Assembly: GCF_018977255.1 (NCBI RefSeq)
Contig: NW_024704742.1
Location: 7,256,001-7,320,000 of the forward strand
DNA: 64,000 nt
Source of the DNA: Callorhinchus milii
Taxonomy: Eukaryota
Direction: 5' to 3'
Shown here: one piece after another, positions 27,746 through 40,427 of the stretch
Layout of the letters: each line of letters begins with the position of its first letter
How positions within the stretch are numbered: position 1 is the stretch's first letter
The notes under the pieces: generated by a model
Seen by the model: only the letters and a program-made list of their open reading frames with translations
What the model was told of the DNA's origin: nothing
Databases searched by the model: none
Translations under genes and position numbers: made by a program

Positions 27746-28854
27746 CTTTGGTTGCCACATTCACTGCCGTTCAATTCCTCAGCTCAGGGACCAGCCTGAG
27801 AATAGTGAACTTTTACCAAACAAGGAAGCAAGTTACTTTCCCTACAATCCACAGTGAATCAGGTGCCACATCTGATTTATCCAAGCTGCCTGCCTCCCTT
27901 TGATCCTGATTCTTAAACTTATCACGATAATAATTTTTGTCTGAGTGTTTTTGTTCGGGTATTTCCATCTAATTGTTGCCGTTGATATTTTTAGACGTAG
28001 ATTAAAAAATTGGTTGACAAACATCTGCGACGGGCTGCTTTGATGATTGTACTCCTGAATAGGATTCATTATTTTTTGGAATGAACCATTACTTTGGAGG
28101 AAGCGTGTATGAACTGGTTGGAACCGACGGAATGTTTTGCAATTCTTCGCTCCTCCGAGCTCTAGACCCCTCCAAGTCTGCTGCCCCATTAGTGAGCCGG
28201 CGATAAGCGTATTCCTTTAAGTGCAGCACCACAGCACAATAAAAGAAATAGACTGGAATCATAGTAATCACTGACATATGGAGGTGGGTTACCGTAATGC
28301 CAGATTTTGAAACTAAGCATTGTCAACAGCAGAACATGTTTCAGTAACAACAAGAGTACAAGGGGGTAAACTACATTTCTGCCAGCTTTGGTACACATCA
28401 CCAGTAAGCATAAAAATAATAGCAATAATCCTTTCATTTGATATAGCACCTTTCATGTTGGGAGGATGCCTCAAAGCGCTTCACAGGACATACTGTAAAG
28501 TGCAGTGAGTGTGTGTCTTGTAGATGCACTCAGCAGCCAATTTGTACACAGCAATATTCCACAAACAATGAATGATTCATTTTATCTGGGATATTGTTGG
28601 CCGGGAGAAACTCATTTTTAAAAGGGAATTGGATAGATCCTCTAAGGAAAATCTTTCTGCTCAAAATACTTGCTGAAGTATATTAAGAAAATAATGCGGT
28701 TATTGTTTATTCAGTACCTTTATTAAAATGAGCCTGAGGTTGAAAAATCCCACTGCTGAGTTAGGGTTTTAGTAATTATTCCAGTTCAATTTCCCCTGTG
28801 CTTTCATCAACACTGACTGTTTAGTAGATAATATTCCCGAACAATCAAAATAAT

Positions 28855-29135
28855 AACAGGGTTGTAATATCAGGGGATCAAGGACAAAACAAGGTTATTT
28901 TCCTGTTCTTAAAGCATTTGTCAGACTCTATGTGGAGTTCTATTTGCAGTTCTGGTCACCTACTCTGAAGGAAGGATTATTACCCTTCAGAGGACACTAA
29001 GACTAGCAAGCAAGATGAGCCTGGATACTAGCAGATATTTAAATTACAAGAAGAGATTAAAGAAGTTGGACTTGTTCTCTTGGAAATAGGGAAGACTTTG
29101 GGGTAATCGCTTTCAAGTTTTTAAGATAGTGAAGG
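28855..29135 (+). mobile_element. Old CR1 fragment
   Basis: tggagttctatttgcagttctggtcacc..tacaagaagagattaaagaagttggacttgttctcttgg. Confidence 0.7.
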
Positions 29136-30349
29136 TGATTATCACTGTTCATTTAGGAATATTGGAGTGAAATTTGCTGGATTTCATAATGTGTTCCTTG
29201 TGATGATAAGGATGAAGTGATGATGTTTCGAAAACTTCACTGATGTCATTAAATTAAACCTACACAAACGTGGTCAATCGGCTTCATAGTTTTTCAAATT
29301 CGATCCCATTTTATCTCTGTTATTTCTGTCATTTGGCTGCCGCATTTCACCCACAATATATACAGTCAATCCACTTTATGATATATTGTGTGAAGCACTT
29401 TGAGATGTCTCATCAATGTGACAAGTCACTATATCAAATACAAGGCTTACTGTTATTATTATTAATTCAGATACGGTAAAACCCCGGCTTACTCCGAGTA
29501 TCTAGAATTCAAACCTAGCTGGACTGGGCCCAAAACTTCCCCAAAATTTCCGTGGGCCCAGTGCATGTATTCTCTCAACTCTTAACTCTCTGAGTGCACC
29601 CTACCTCAGAACCAGCATCGTAATTACATTCCCCCATTAGTGCAGCTAGCCTGGGTTTTAATATATACACAAGGGAGAGGGATATAGAAGGGTATGGGAA
29701 GGAATAAGTAGCGGGTGATGACTCATGTGGAATATAAATACCTGGTTGGGCTGTCTGTTTCCATGCTGTAAATTCTAGGGAAACGGGGCAAGTTGGGTGA
29801 TTGGAGTTGAGGTACAGATCAGCCATGATCTTATAGAATGGCAGAATCAGCTCGAAGGGCTGAATGGCCTCCTCCTGTTTCTATGTTTCTAAATCTTTTG
29901 TATGATATTGCAAGTAACAGGAGCTACAAGTTATAAACTACAAAATTAGGAATAAGGGAGGAATTCAGGCAAAAATGTTTTACTCCAAGTAAAATAAGTT
30001 TTCACGGAAGGTTACGGGAATGTGACAGTGTAAATAGACTCAATAAGCAATTAATGCACTTCCGGACAGAAAGGGATGAGGATGTCTTTGAAAAAAAGGC
30101 ATTGTTTTTTAACAGTTTACTCTGTACTTTTTTTTTGGTCAGCTTGGTCCCTCAAACATGCAGAACCCATCACTATCCTTAAGAGTGTTCAACGCAGATT
30201 GAGCGTTCCATACATGTCACCCAAACATAGAAATTCCCATGTTGGAATGGAGGGATGCATTCTGCTTATCTAATTCCATAAACCATTAGGGCACAAATTG
30301 GCCCAGAGTGTGTTGGGGATGTTTTTTTATCAGATGCTAGTGAGGAACA

Positions 30350-30680
30350 ATAATAATAATAATAATAATAATCCTTGCATTTGATATAGCGCTTTTCACG
30401 TCGGGAGGACGTCCCAAAGCGCTTCACAGAACACACTGTCAAGTGAATTTACTGTATATTTGTGGGCGAACGCGGCAGCCAATTGCGCACAGCAATGGCC
30501 CACAAACAGTCGTAGATTGAAAATGACCAATTTATTATTGTTTTTGTTTTTTGGAGGGATTATTATTAGGCTCTGTGTGGAGTAAGGAAACTTGCCTAAG
30601 GTTTCGCCCTCTGCCTGGAATTGAACTCAGGTCTCTCGCTTGCAAAACGAGTGCTCTAACCACTGAGCTACAGGACTCCA
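30350..30680 (-). mobile_element. Young tRNA-Ala-derived SINE, short subfamily
   Basis: Reverse complement of the same consensus with (AAT)n at the left end. Confidence 0.92.
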
Positions 30681-30732
30681 TGAGCTTGGATAGCTGTATT
30701 ATCCTCTATTAACAATCCTCTATTAGTATCAT

Positions 30733-31060
30733 TGTTTTTGGTCAGCCGGATGTCTAACACGCAGAAACCCATCACCGTGCTTAGGAGTATCCAAACCAAG
30801 CTGAGATTTCCATACATCCCACCTACACATGGAAATCCCAGAGATAGATTGTCGGAATGCAATGCACACTCTCTCCCTGGAGGGACACATCCTGTTTACC
30901 TGATTCCAGAAAGTATTAGGTGCAGGTTGGCCAGAGCCAAGGCTTGGGGACCTCAGAGTGTTTATTGGGGTAATTGCTGGAGTCTAACCAGCTGAAACCG
31001 CATAGCTTACCATTAATTTTGCTGTCCATGTTGGGGAACTGCTAGAGTTTAACCAGTTAA
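30733..31060 (-). mobile_element. Unclassified retroposon copy
   Basis: tttttggtcagccggatgtctaacacgcagaaacccatcacc..ggagtctaaccagct, homologous to 52072-52452. Confidence 0.75.
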
Positions 31061-32189
31061 AAAACACATACTGTTTATTGTGCAATCATAATTCAAAAGA
31101 TTTGCTCATTTTGATGACACTCACTGTAATTGCAATGCAACAACTGATAAGCCAGCCAAATTATAAAATAATATTCTTTAATCCATTTTATTTCTTAGGA
31201 CAACAGTCCACAAACATATCCCGGACTGGTTTGGTATCATATACTAATTGCACTAATAATTCATGTTTGTACAAGCTAACTTTTAAATCCCTAAGTTACT
31301 GGAAAGATGTAAAGCTTTATCTCTAAGAGATAAGAGTGGTAGTTTTTTTTATAAGGTAATGGTCTTGGGAGACATAAAAGAGTTTAATAACAATGTAATG
31401 GCGGCCCGGTAACTACTCTATTCATGCTACTTTCACGTGACAGAATAAATTACATGTAGGATAATAAACAGCTGGCACTGAGCTGAAAGATAATATTTCA
31501 ATCCTACACCTCACAATTTCATGAACCCCACTTCACAATCATCAGCACATTGCTGAGACTGAATTACTGCCTTATCTGACTGCCAGCGGGATACATGTAT
31601 TTTTATAAACACTTATTTTAAACTTCTTTCGTGCAGCATTACTTCATACCTCACACGCCAGGTATGAGGCATGCGATCGAGGTCGTGTGACGTAGGCAGA
31701 AGGGAAATAAAAGTGACAATCACGTGAAATAGATGACCTCGCAAGGTTGCCGCTGTAGTTTTATGAGTTTATTTTTGGCACTAGGCTAGTGACAAATGCA
31801 TTTAATCTTTATGTACTATTACTGTGTAATGGATAATTTCTCCGCTGGCAGCAGAATTGATGGATTGAGGCTAGGCAGGTTAGTCTGAAGGAGAAGTCTT
31901 CTGTCTTGCCATCTTTCAGCTTCCTTGTTACCTTTAATTCTCTAGTACGGGACAGACTGTCATCATTATTACAGTTTCATCTGTTACCATGTTGCTTATT
32001 TAAGTCCTTCACATCTTTCAAAAATTATTTTCGTATTTCACATACAAACAAAAATCGCTTTCAATTAGTTCCAAACTTTTGTTGCGTGGCACTCACTGAC
32101 TTATTGTTGACATGGTAGAATGTCTCACGATCAAAGGTGATGGGTGAAAATATGCTTGGGAGGAGGGATGTGGGGCTGAGCTGAGTCAC

Positions 32190-32545
32190 ATAGCTTAGTG
32201 GTTAGATCACTCGCCTCGCAGGTGAGAGGAGCTGTGTTCGATTCCCGGCAGGGCAAAAAGTTGGGAAAGTTTCCTTACTGGAGTAAGGTTCCTACTTACT
32301 GCATGTCGACATGCAGTAAGTAGGAACCTGGTTGTTAATCGATTGGCGGATCGCTTTTCCGGTGATAATAATTCCTTCAAAATATATAAAAATAATTTGG
32401 TCACTCAATCCACGACTGTTTGCTGTGCGCAATTGGCTGTCGCATTTTGCCCACTTTACAGTATATTCTGTGAAGCGCTTTGAGACGTCTCGAAGATGTG
32501 ATAAGACACTATATCAAATGCAAGGATGATTATTATTATTATTAT
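32190..32545 (+). mobile_element. tRNA SINE, long subfamily, with an internal palindrome
   Basis: Consensus head and tail; rearranged centre at 32273-32329. Confidence 0.85.
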
Positions 32546-33199
32546 CCTCGTACATCCAACCCGTGCTTTGCTGAAGATTGCCGAGTGCGTGTGTGCCGCT
32601 GTCTGTTTATGTGTGTGTCCCGGCACTGAATCCAACTCGTGCTCAATCAACTCATTGACTGCTACACTTGCTTTACCGCACATCCCATTACACACCTCTC
32701 CGGCTGCAACATCCAATTAGCCAAAACTAGAGAAGAGTTGGTGAGCTGCAGATAGATTTGAGACCCCATCTACTCCCAACCAACTCTTCTTTCTTCTGTA
32801 GCCTTTGCCAACAATGCAAATCTCAGTCACCTTGGCTTTCAACAATTGAACTTGAGCACAATTCATTCAGTCATTCAGCACATTGTACCTCAAGTGCTTT
32901 GATAAGAGCTTTGCTAAGGTTTGAAGTAGTCAAAGAAATTTGCAAAATGCTCTGCAAAAATATTGCTTTGTGCTACCCTGGTGCATCCCATGTGATTGTA
33001 TTTGACTTTATTTCCTCTTTTCACAATGTGACAGATAACTGTAACTGACTTCTGCTTTTCTGCACCAGAAGAAACAATGGAACCAGGTTGTACAGCAGTT
33101 GTACAACAGAGTTCAGAAGAAACATTCTAGAGATACTGTACTTGTAGGTGTTATAGAAAAAGTCTGATGCCTCAAATTATAATACACATTAGCACACAG

Positions 33200-33402
33200 T
33201 ATCAACAACAACAACAAGATTCCATTTATAGAGAGCCTTTCACGTTGAGAGGACGTCCCAAGGCGCTGGACAGTTGGGTCAGGACCCGAGCATTGGGGGG
33301 GGGAAATGGTCAGGGTGAGGGGAGGGAAGGGAGGGAGCGAGGAGGGGGGAAATGGTCAGGGTGAGGGGAGGGAAGGGAGGGGGCGAGGAGGGGGTAGAGA
33401 GT
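33200..33402 (-). mobile_element. Young L2 3' UTR/tail
   Basis: Reverse complement of about 37505-37700, including the duplicated 3' UTR unit. Confidence 0.88.
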
Positions 33403-34724
33403 GACTGTAGCATATTCACTGGGTTAAATGGTTCACAGTTAGATCTCAAGCTGATCAAAAGCAGCTCCAAGATACACACAGTGGTTCCCTCTCGCTGATG
33501 GCACTGCAGCATGGCCGATCTTAGGAGATCTCAGAAGATACAATACAAACTTAAGCACTCCAAGGGTCCTCCTGGTGTGAAAGGCGCTATACAACGTAAT
33601 CTTGTTGTTGTTAAATAGATATGTTGTTGTTGTACAGAGTGTTTCAAGTTGGGATGATGTCTCAAAGATCACCTGATCACAACATTATAGAATAATAATA
33701 ATCCTTGCATTTGATATAGAGCATTATCACATCTTTGTGACGTCTCAAAGCGCTTCATGGAATTTACTGTAAAGTGAATTGACAGTATATTTTGTAGGTA
33801 AGTGTCATAGTATGTCCTTATGTCGCTGAAAGAAAGAATATCTGTGACCATCAAATCTTGAGGAGATCGATGAGCTGTGGTGGACAATTAGATAGTTTGG
33901 GGCTCTTCAGTCTTGAATAGAAGTGTCTCGAAGAGAACTCTGTAGAAGATGCTCTTTGGGATAGAGAGTAAAGGTAAACCAGGAACAATACTTGCAGATA
34001 CGGCAAGGTTTTTTTTAATTATTGCGAGTTCCACATGGCTTCATTTGGCTGGAATGGAATGTGCGCTCTCTCTCTGGAGGTACACACCCTGCTTATGTAA
34101 TCCTAAAGAATTTAGAATTATATAGAAAAGCAGGTTGGTAGGAGCAAAGGCTTCGGGTATCTCAGATTGTGCAATGTGGGTATTGCTGGAGTGTTAACCG
34201 GTTCAAATCTTGCAAGACTAGTGAGCTTCCTGTTGCTTGTCCAACTAATGCCATCCTATCCATAAGGGTTTTGGTTTCAGGATCATCAGGAGCCAAGTGA
34301 GAAGAATCCCAACCCCCAGATACTGACGTGCCTTTTCACGTCCTGTGAATGAGTCAGACTGGCTGGTCTATCATCATTTCAATCTCTAGAGAGAAGATGT
34401 GTCAGAGCGGACATTACAGAGGGATATAACATTTTTAAATGCAGTTGAAAAAGTAAACCCAGAACAATCCTTTAAAATGTACCAAGACAGGAGAATCAGA
34501 GGACGTTGGTTTAGAGTTGCAAGGGCGATTTAAGGAGGGCTACCAGGAAGTTTTTCTTTACCCAGAGAGTGATTAATGACTGGAACAGGTTGCCAGGAAA
34601 GTTAGTTCAACTCCAGGAGGATCAGAGCCAAGTCCATCCTGTCCGCACATGTGCTCTTTCCAGTGGGAACAAGTGCTGATTTTCAAATCCCTAGATAAGG
34701 GTATTGAGACTGTTTGAAACATCT

Positions 34725-34845
34725 GATTGCTTCCTGGCTGAGATCAGCTAACTTCACACTAACCAGGATTGACCCTGGGACTCTCCTGCTTTGTGTAGCT
34801 CAGTTTCACGCTTTGCAGTGAGTTTGCCAACTGAGGCATTAGAGG
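34725..34845 (-). mobile_element. Ancient tRNA-SINE head (AmnSINE2-like); related fragments at about 45830-45965 and 62270-62610
   Basis: ggctgagatcagctaacttcacactaaccaggattgaccctgggac matches the recalled reverse complement of an AmnSINE2-like head. Confidence 0.4.
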
Positions 34846-35100
34846 AGACTTGGCAATAAAACTGAAAGTTTTAATTTCAGGGATCTTAAGCATTGAACAT
34901 TATATGGGGTCTGTTACTGCTCATAATTTAAAACGTTGTAATTAATCATTTCATGTTGGAAAATGACTTTGAAACAAATAAAATGATTACTTTTTTTGGT
35001 TACTATGGTGATAGTACAGCTGGTTATAGTATAGTATGTACCAGTCCAAACAGTATTGGGCCTCTACATACTGCACTTGCACTAAATTAATTCACAAGAA

Positions 35101-35500
35101 TGGAGTCCTGTAGCGTCTTGGTTAGAGCACTCGCCTCACAAGGGAGAGGACCTGGGTTCGATTCCCCAGGCCAGAAAAAACCTTAGGCAAGTTTCCTTAC
35201 TCCACACGCCTCTGTTTACCGAGCAGTAAGTAGGTAGTTGTTAGTAAAGTAGTAGGTAGTTGTTAGTTGATTGGCAGATCGCTTTTTCTGGGGTAATAAT
35301 CCCCTGAATTTTTTTAAAAAAATAACAATAATTTGGTCACGCAATCCATGACTGTTTGTGAAACACTGCTGTGTGCAATTGGCTGCCGGGTTTCGCCCAC
35401 TCAATTGACAGTATGTTCTGTGAAGCGATTTGAGGTGTCTCGTAGACGTGATAAGGCACTATATCAAATGAAAGGATTATTATTATGATTATTATTATAA
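35101..35500 (+). mobile_element. tRNA SINE, long subfamily
   Basis: Same consensus with a small internal duplication (agtaggtagttgttagt). Confidence 0.85.
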
Positions 35501-36009
35501 TCAAACTGGTAGCTGTGACTCTGCACTGGAATGCCAGCTTGAGGTTGACAGCAGCAGTCTCACCAGCAGTGGAATAAAGGTGGTGATGCAGAAATACGTG
35601 CAACAGGCAGACTAATGTGATAAAATCAGGAGTTTGTGATACCAGTCTTTAGTAATAGTCAGAAAGATGTGATATTTCTTAACACATTGATACCACTTTG
35701 AATCTGCTTAAAAGAGTCTTTTTTAACCCGGTTTTTAAAGCCTTTTTAATACAGAAGTGTCCTGAAGTCGAGCCGCTGAAGTTAGTTTCCAAATCAAGAG
35801 ATATATTGAATTATTGAATTAAGGATTGATATATTGATATATTGAATTAAGGATTATTATAAACCAAAGCTGATGAGGGACAACTGAACAACTGAACAAC
35901 ATTGTATCAAATGCCTGTTCACCCAAATTATAGCACATGCCATAAGATCGCTTCTGTTGATCAGTTGCTCTGTATTTCACATTTTAGCATGTGACGCAAG
36001 AATAAAAAA

Positions 36010-36610
36010 ATAATAACTGTTGCATTTGATATAATAATAATTATTTTGCATTCGGCATAGTACTTTATCAGAACATCTCAAAGCGCTTCACAGGACTTCA
36101 TTTGAAGTGGAGTGACTGTGTATTTATAGCGAATGTGACAGTCCAATTGCACACAGCAGTGTCCCACTGTAACTGCCATGAAGTGAATGGCGTGAGCTGA
36201 GTTCTATAACTTGAATGAATAGGCATTTAATACAGCTTGTTTAATGGGGTTCCCTCATCATCTTTGGATGTCAGGAGGATGACTCAAAGAGCTTCACAGG
36301 ATTTACTGTGCATTTTGTAGGTCTTTGGATGTTCTCCAGATGTGAAAGGCGCTATACAAATGTAATTTTGCACTGTAGTGAAGTCAACAGCCAATTTGTG
36401 CACAGCAAACAGCCACTACCCAATTTTATTTGGGGGACTGTTGGTCAGGATATGGGGTGAAACTCCCTTCTCTTTTCGAGAAGTGACATGGTAACATCCA
36501 CCTAAACAGCAGTTGGGACCTCGGTTTAACATCCCATCCGAACTATGGCACCCCCCAGCACTGCATTGGAGTGTCAGCCTAGACTACCAGCTGAGCCAGG
36601 CTGACGCACG
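36010..36610 (-). mobile_element. Degenerate DeuSINE(s)
   Basis: Reverse-complement Deu body (aactcccttctcttttcga..catccacctaaacag..cctcggtttaac). Confidence 0.65.
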
Positions 36611-36921
36611 AGGAATACAAAGGGATTGAATGCATGATCTTCAGTCAGATCTGATTTAACTTTCGATGGTATGATTTTATTATGCAATGCAAAATCTTTA
36701 GGAAAAATCATACTTGAATGGAACAAAACAGTACAGCAACGTGTTTATTTTTAAGCAGTGCATCAAAAAATCAAACACACGTCTGAATGATACCCAATGA
36801 GCTTTATTGGGCTAGGTGATTCTTTGATCATCAATAAATTTGCCAATCTCTTAATCTAATAATAACTTCACTTCTCCTTGGTCAGTAAATCCAAGATTCC
36901 TTCCAGATGTTAGGTTGCACC

Positions 36922-37710
36922 AGGTCCTTTCTCCCTCACATCCGCACCACAACTGGCACCGCCTTCCATCACCTCCGGAATATCGCCAGATTACGGCACT
37001 ACCTCACCCCTCACGCCGCTGAAACCCTGGTTCACGCCTTTGTCACCTCAAGGCTGGACTATGGGAACTCTCTCCTCGCCGGCCTTCCCGCCACCTCCCT
37101 CCACAAGCTGCAGGTCATTCAGAACTCTGCAGCTCGTGTACTGTCCCGCACCAGGCTTCGCGATCACATCACTCCCACCCTCGCTCGCCTCCACTGGCTC
37201 CCCATCCCCCAGAGGATTGATTTCAAGATCCTCATCCTCACCAACAAGGCCATTCACGGCCTTGCTCCCTCCTTCCTCTCCAACCTACTATCCCCCTACC
37301 TACCTGCCCGTACCCTCCGTTCCTCTGGCTCCGGTCTGTTCCACGTCCCCCGCCCCAACCGCCCTACCATCGGTGGTCGGGCCTTCAGCCTCTCAGCCCC
37401 CAGGCTCTGGAACTCCATCCCCCAGTGCCTTCGCCTTGCTTCCTCCCTTTCCTCCTTCAAGGCCGGTCTCAAAACCTTTCTCTTTGACCGTGCCTTCAGC
37501 TCTCGACTCTCTTCCTCCTCCTCGCTCCCTCCCTTCCCTCCCCTCACCCTGACCATTTCCCCCCTCCTCTCTCCCTCCCTTCCCTCCCCTCACCCTGACC
37601 ATTTCCCCCTGCTCGGGTCATGACCCAACTGTGCAGCGCCTTGGGACGTCCTCCTGACGTGAAAGGCGCTCTATAAATGGAATCTTGTTGTTGTTGTTGT
37701 TGTTGTTGCA
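36922..37710 (+). mobile_element. Young L2-clade LINE, 3' fragment with an open ORF2 C-terminus
   Basis: Uninterrupted frame HHLRNIARLRHYL..LVHAFVTSRLDYGN..LHWLPIPQRIDFKIL..GGRAFS..APRLWNS..FKAGLKTFLF (L2 hallmark); 3' stem-loop and (TTG)n tail. Confidence 0.93.
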
Positions 37711-37724
37711 CCAATTCCTTTATC

Positions 37725-37875
37725 AACTTAGATAATTATTTGAGGAGGACAAGTTTGCAGAGCTACGGAGAGTGAGGGGGGGAGTGGGATTGAATTGGAT
37801 AGCTCTTTTCAAAGAGCTGGCACTGGTGGACCGAATGGCCTCCTTCTGTGTTGTATAATTCTATGATTCTATGAA
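37725..37875 (+). mobile_element. CR1 3' tail
   Basis: gaccgaatggcctccttctgtgttgtataattctatgattctatga. Confidence 0.88.
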
Positions 37876-39544
37876 CTTCTTGCATCTGAGTGCAATCTGA
37901 GACATGGATAGTCTGATCAGATTTCACAGCTACACTTTGCTGGACTGGCACTTTTGAGCCAAGTGACGACACAAAGTCTACAACACCAAGGTGCTACCCC
38001 TTCCTCAGTGAGCACAGCATCAGACACATTTGTGGGTTTAGCACAAGGTTTAGAGCTGTCCCCACAACCTTGCACTTATCAAGACGGACAGGGATCAAGC
38101 TGCATGAGTCTGCCATTGAGGCTAACCACTTGACTTATCTCGGTCTCTCCGGATATTATTTTGATGGATTAACTCACAATCCAAACTCAGACTGTGCCAA
38201 TGTTATCACTTCCCTACACATAACAACAGGTGCTTCCATTTGGATTCAAAGTGCCAATTTTGATGACCACAAAATATACACACACCATGCTTTACGGTAT
38301 TCTGTGAAGCACTTTGAGACGTCTCGAAGACTTGATAAAGCGCTATATCAAACGCAAGGATTATTATTATATTATGATTATTATACAATCTAAAGCCCAC
38401 TTCTAAGATGCAGTTAATATCCCATGGCGTCCACTTCACTTGGCCGGCTCGGGCCTTCTATGTATCCTTCAACCTCTTCACTTTACTATCGGTGGCATGT
38501 CTTCAGTCACCACACTCCAAACCTTTGGTACTCCTTGCCTCAATCTCTCCACGTTGCCCATTTTCAGCTCGCACCTTAAGATTTTCCTTTTCGATCGTGA
38601 TTAAGGACACCTCCCTTTTCTTCTGGGATCAGCATCAAACTATGCCATTGTTAAGTGTTCTGAGATACTGCCCGAGTGAAGAATGTTATATGAATCCAAG
38701 TTGTTGTTGTATATCCTCTTTGACCGCTTCAAACTCAGAAATATTCTGTGTGACCTACAGCCTGCCTTCAATGGACTTATTGAAGATCTGATGTGTTATG
38801 AAAAATAATTCTATTCCCAGGCTTATTAACAGCTGCTTTTATATATCTTGGCATTGAAACATAATATTACTGCAGACATCAATACTTTATTATATTCCAA
38901 CAACAGATGATTACAACACATCGGATCCAGTGAAATGCACAGATAATCGTAATCGAGTTCCTGTGGCAAGTTTCCATTTTTCTGCCTTCCTCAAGTATGA
39001 GAGAGTCTGCGACTTTTAATGGACCTGGAATTGAAAAACATTGATCCTGGAACATCAGGCAATATTAGACTTTGATCAAGTAGGGAAACAGTGCTAAGAT
39101 AAGGCACTACTGTAATGATATCAGAAGCATCGTGATGAAGGCAGTGTTGCTCTTTCCCTGCCATTGGTTGGGATTTGAGAGCCAGCTGAGTTAATGCATT
39201 CCAGCTTCATTGAGCTAATAGACCCATTTGTCTTTTATGCATCATAAGGTTCTCTGAAATAGCTGCAGCTCTCTTAATGAATAAATACACCGCTATTCTG
39301 AGCTGGCAACTTCCCACGTTGGAAAGATGCCCAATGCATGATGGGCCTGAATCAGGAAAAATATTATGACATCTGGTCTCTCTTCCTAATCTGCTGGATG
39401 GCACATCAGAACACTCGCTATATTGTTTTAGTCACATGCGCCAGGGATGCAATTAATCCCACCCAAATTGGGTTCCCCACCAAGCAAAGGTACCAAATAC
39501 CGCACTAATGGGCAGAAAACCAGTGGACCCCTGTACTGCTCTGA

Positions 39545-39820
39545 TTCCCAGAATTGTCTATTTGTTCAGATGGCCATTAATGATCCTGTGACAATATTCA
39601 AAAAGAGAAGGGAGTTTTACCTGGTGTCCTGGCCAACAACCCTCGAGGTATAAATTAATCATTTTCTTCAGAGATGTTTGTGGGGCCTTGCAGTGTGCAA
39701 ACGGACTGCTATGTGTGCCTACAAATAAACGATCAATTCACTTGCGAAGCAATTACTCATGAAGGGCTTTGAGACGTTTTCAATGTTACAGAGGCAATAA
39801 GAAATGCAACAATTATTATA
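39545..39820 (+). mobile_element. Degenerate DeuSINE 3' half
   Basis: aaaagagaagggagttttacctggtgtcctggccaac..tgtttgtggggccttgcagtgtgcaaa. Confidence 0.65.
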
Positions 39821-40427
39821 ACCAATTACTAGGATTGTAAATCATTTTATAAGGCTTCCACCCCTATCCTTATCCTTTATCACTGTCCTTCATGATTCGT
39901 CATTCATTTCTCATATTGAATGTACCTGACTATGTCAGAGACAGACACAGACCACACACCCCCCTCCCCACCTCGATGTGATTCTCAACAGCAACATGCT
40001 TGTAGTCAAATGTTTTTTTTTAGTTATCTAATTTGTACAGATGCCAGCAAGATTATGTTATATATTGCAATGCTCTTGACTCCTTTCTGCGTTATCAGGA
40101 ATCACTCACATTGTGGATCAAGTTCACTTTAGGTCTGTTGCTCCAGACCAAATATGCTGTTGCTGACTGTTTACACAGCACCTTTGTCCCCGAAGCAGGA
40201 AGCTTGTTGGATTACATCAGATTACTGTCTAGCACATGCCTTGTGCTGTACATGGAAGCAAAGTAAAATAAAATCCCAGCACTGACTCCAATCAGATTGG
40301 AGTCAAGTTGTTTGTTATCTGCAGCTGCTTTAAAAGCTTTGCGTTATCCAATCATCCATTTACAGCATTTAACAAACTAAAAGCCCAAGGCAACGGTGGC
40401 TGTTGCATTGCAACTGTGTTATAACGA

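Noticed and set aside
29470..29570. Possible Tigger-like TIR (tacggtaaaaccccggctta)
   Set aside because: No partner TIR found; too short to support.
30732..30995. Recurrent peptide KPITVLRSIQTKLRFPYIPPTH in several ORFs
   Set aside because: Translation of a repeat; frames differ and break among copies, and the structural evidence favours the opposite strand.
36907..37623. 238-aa ORF (and 237-aa ORF at 5562-6275) as host genes
   Set aside because: C-terminal fragments of L2 ORF2.
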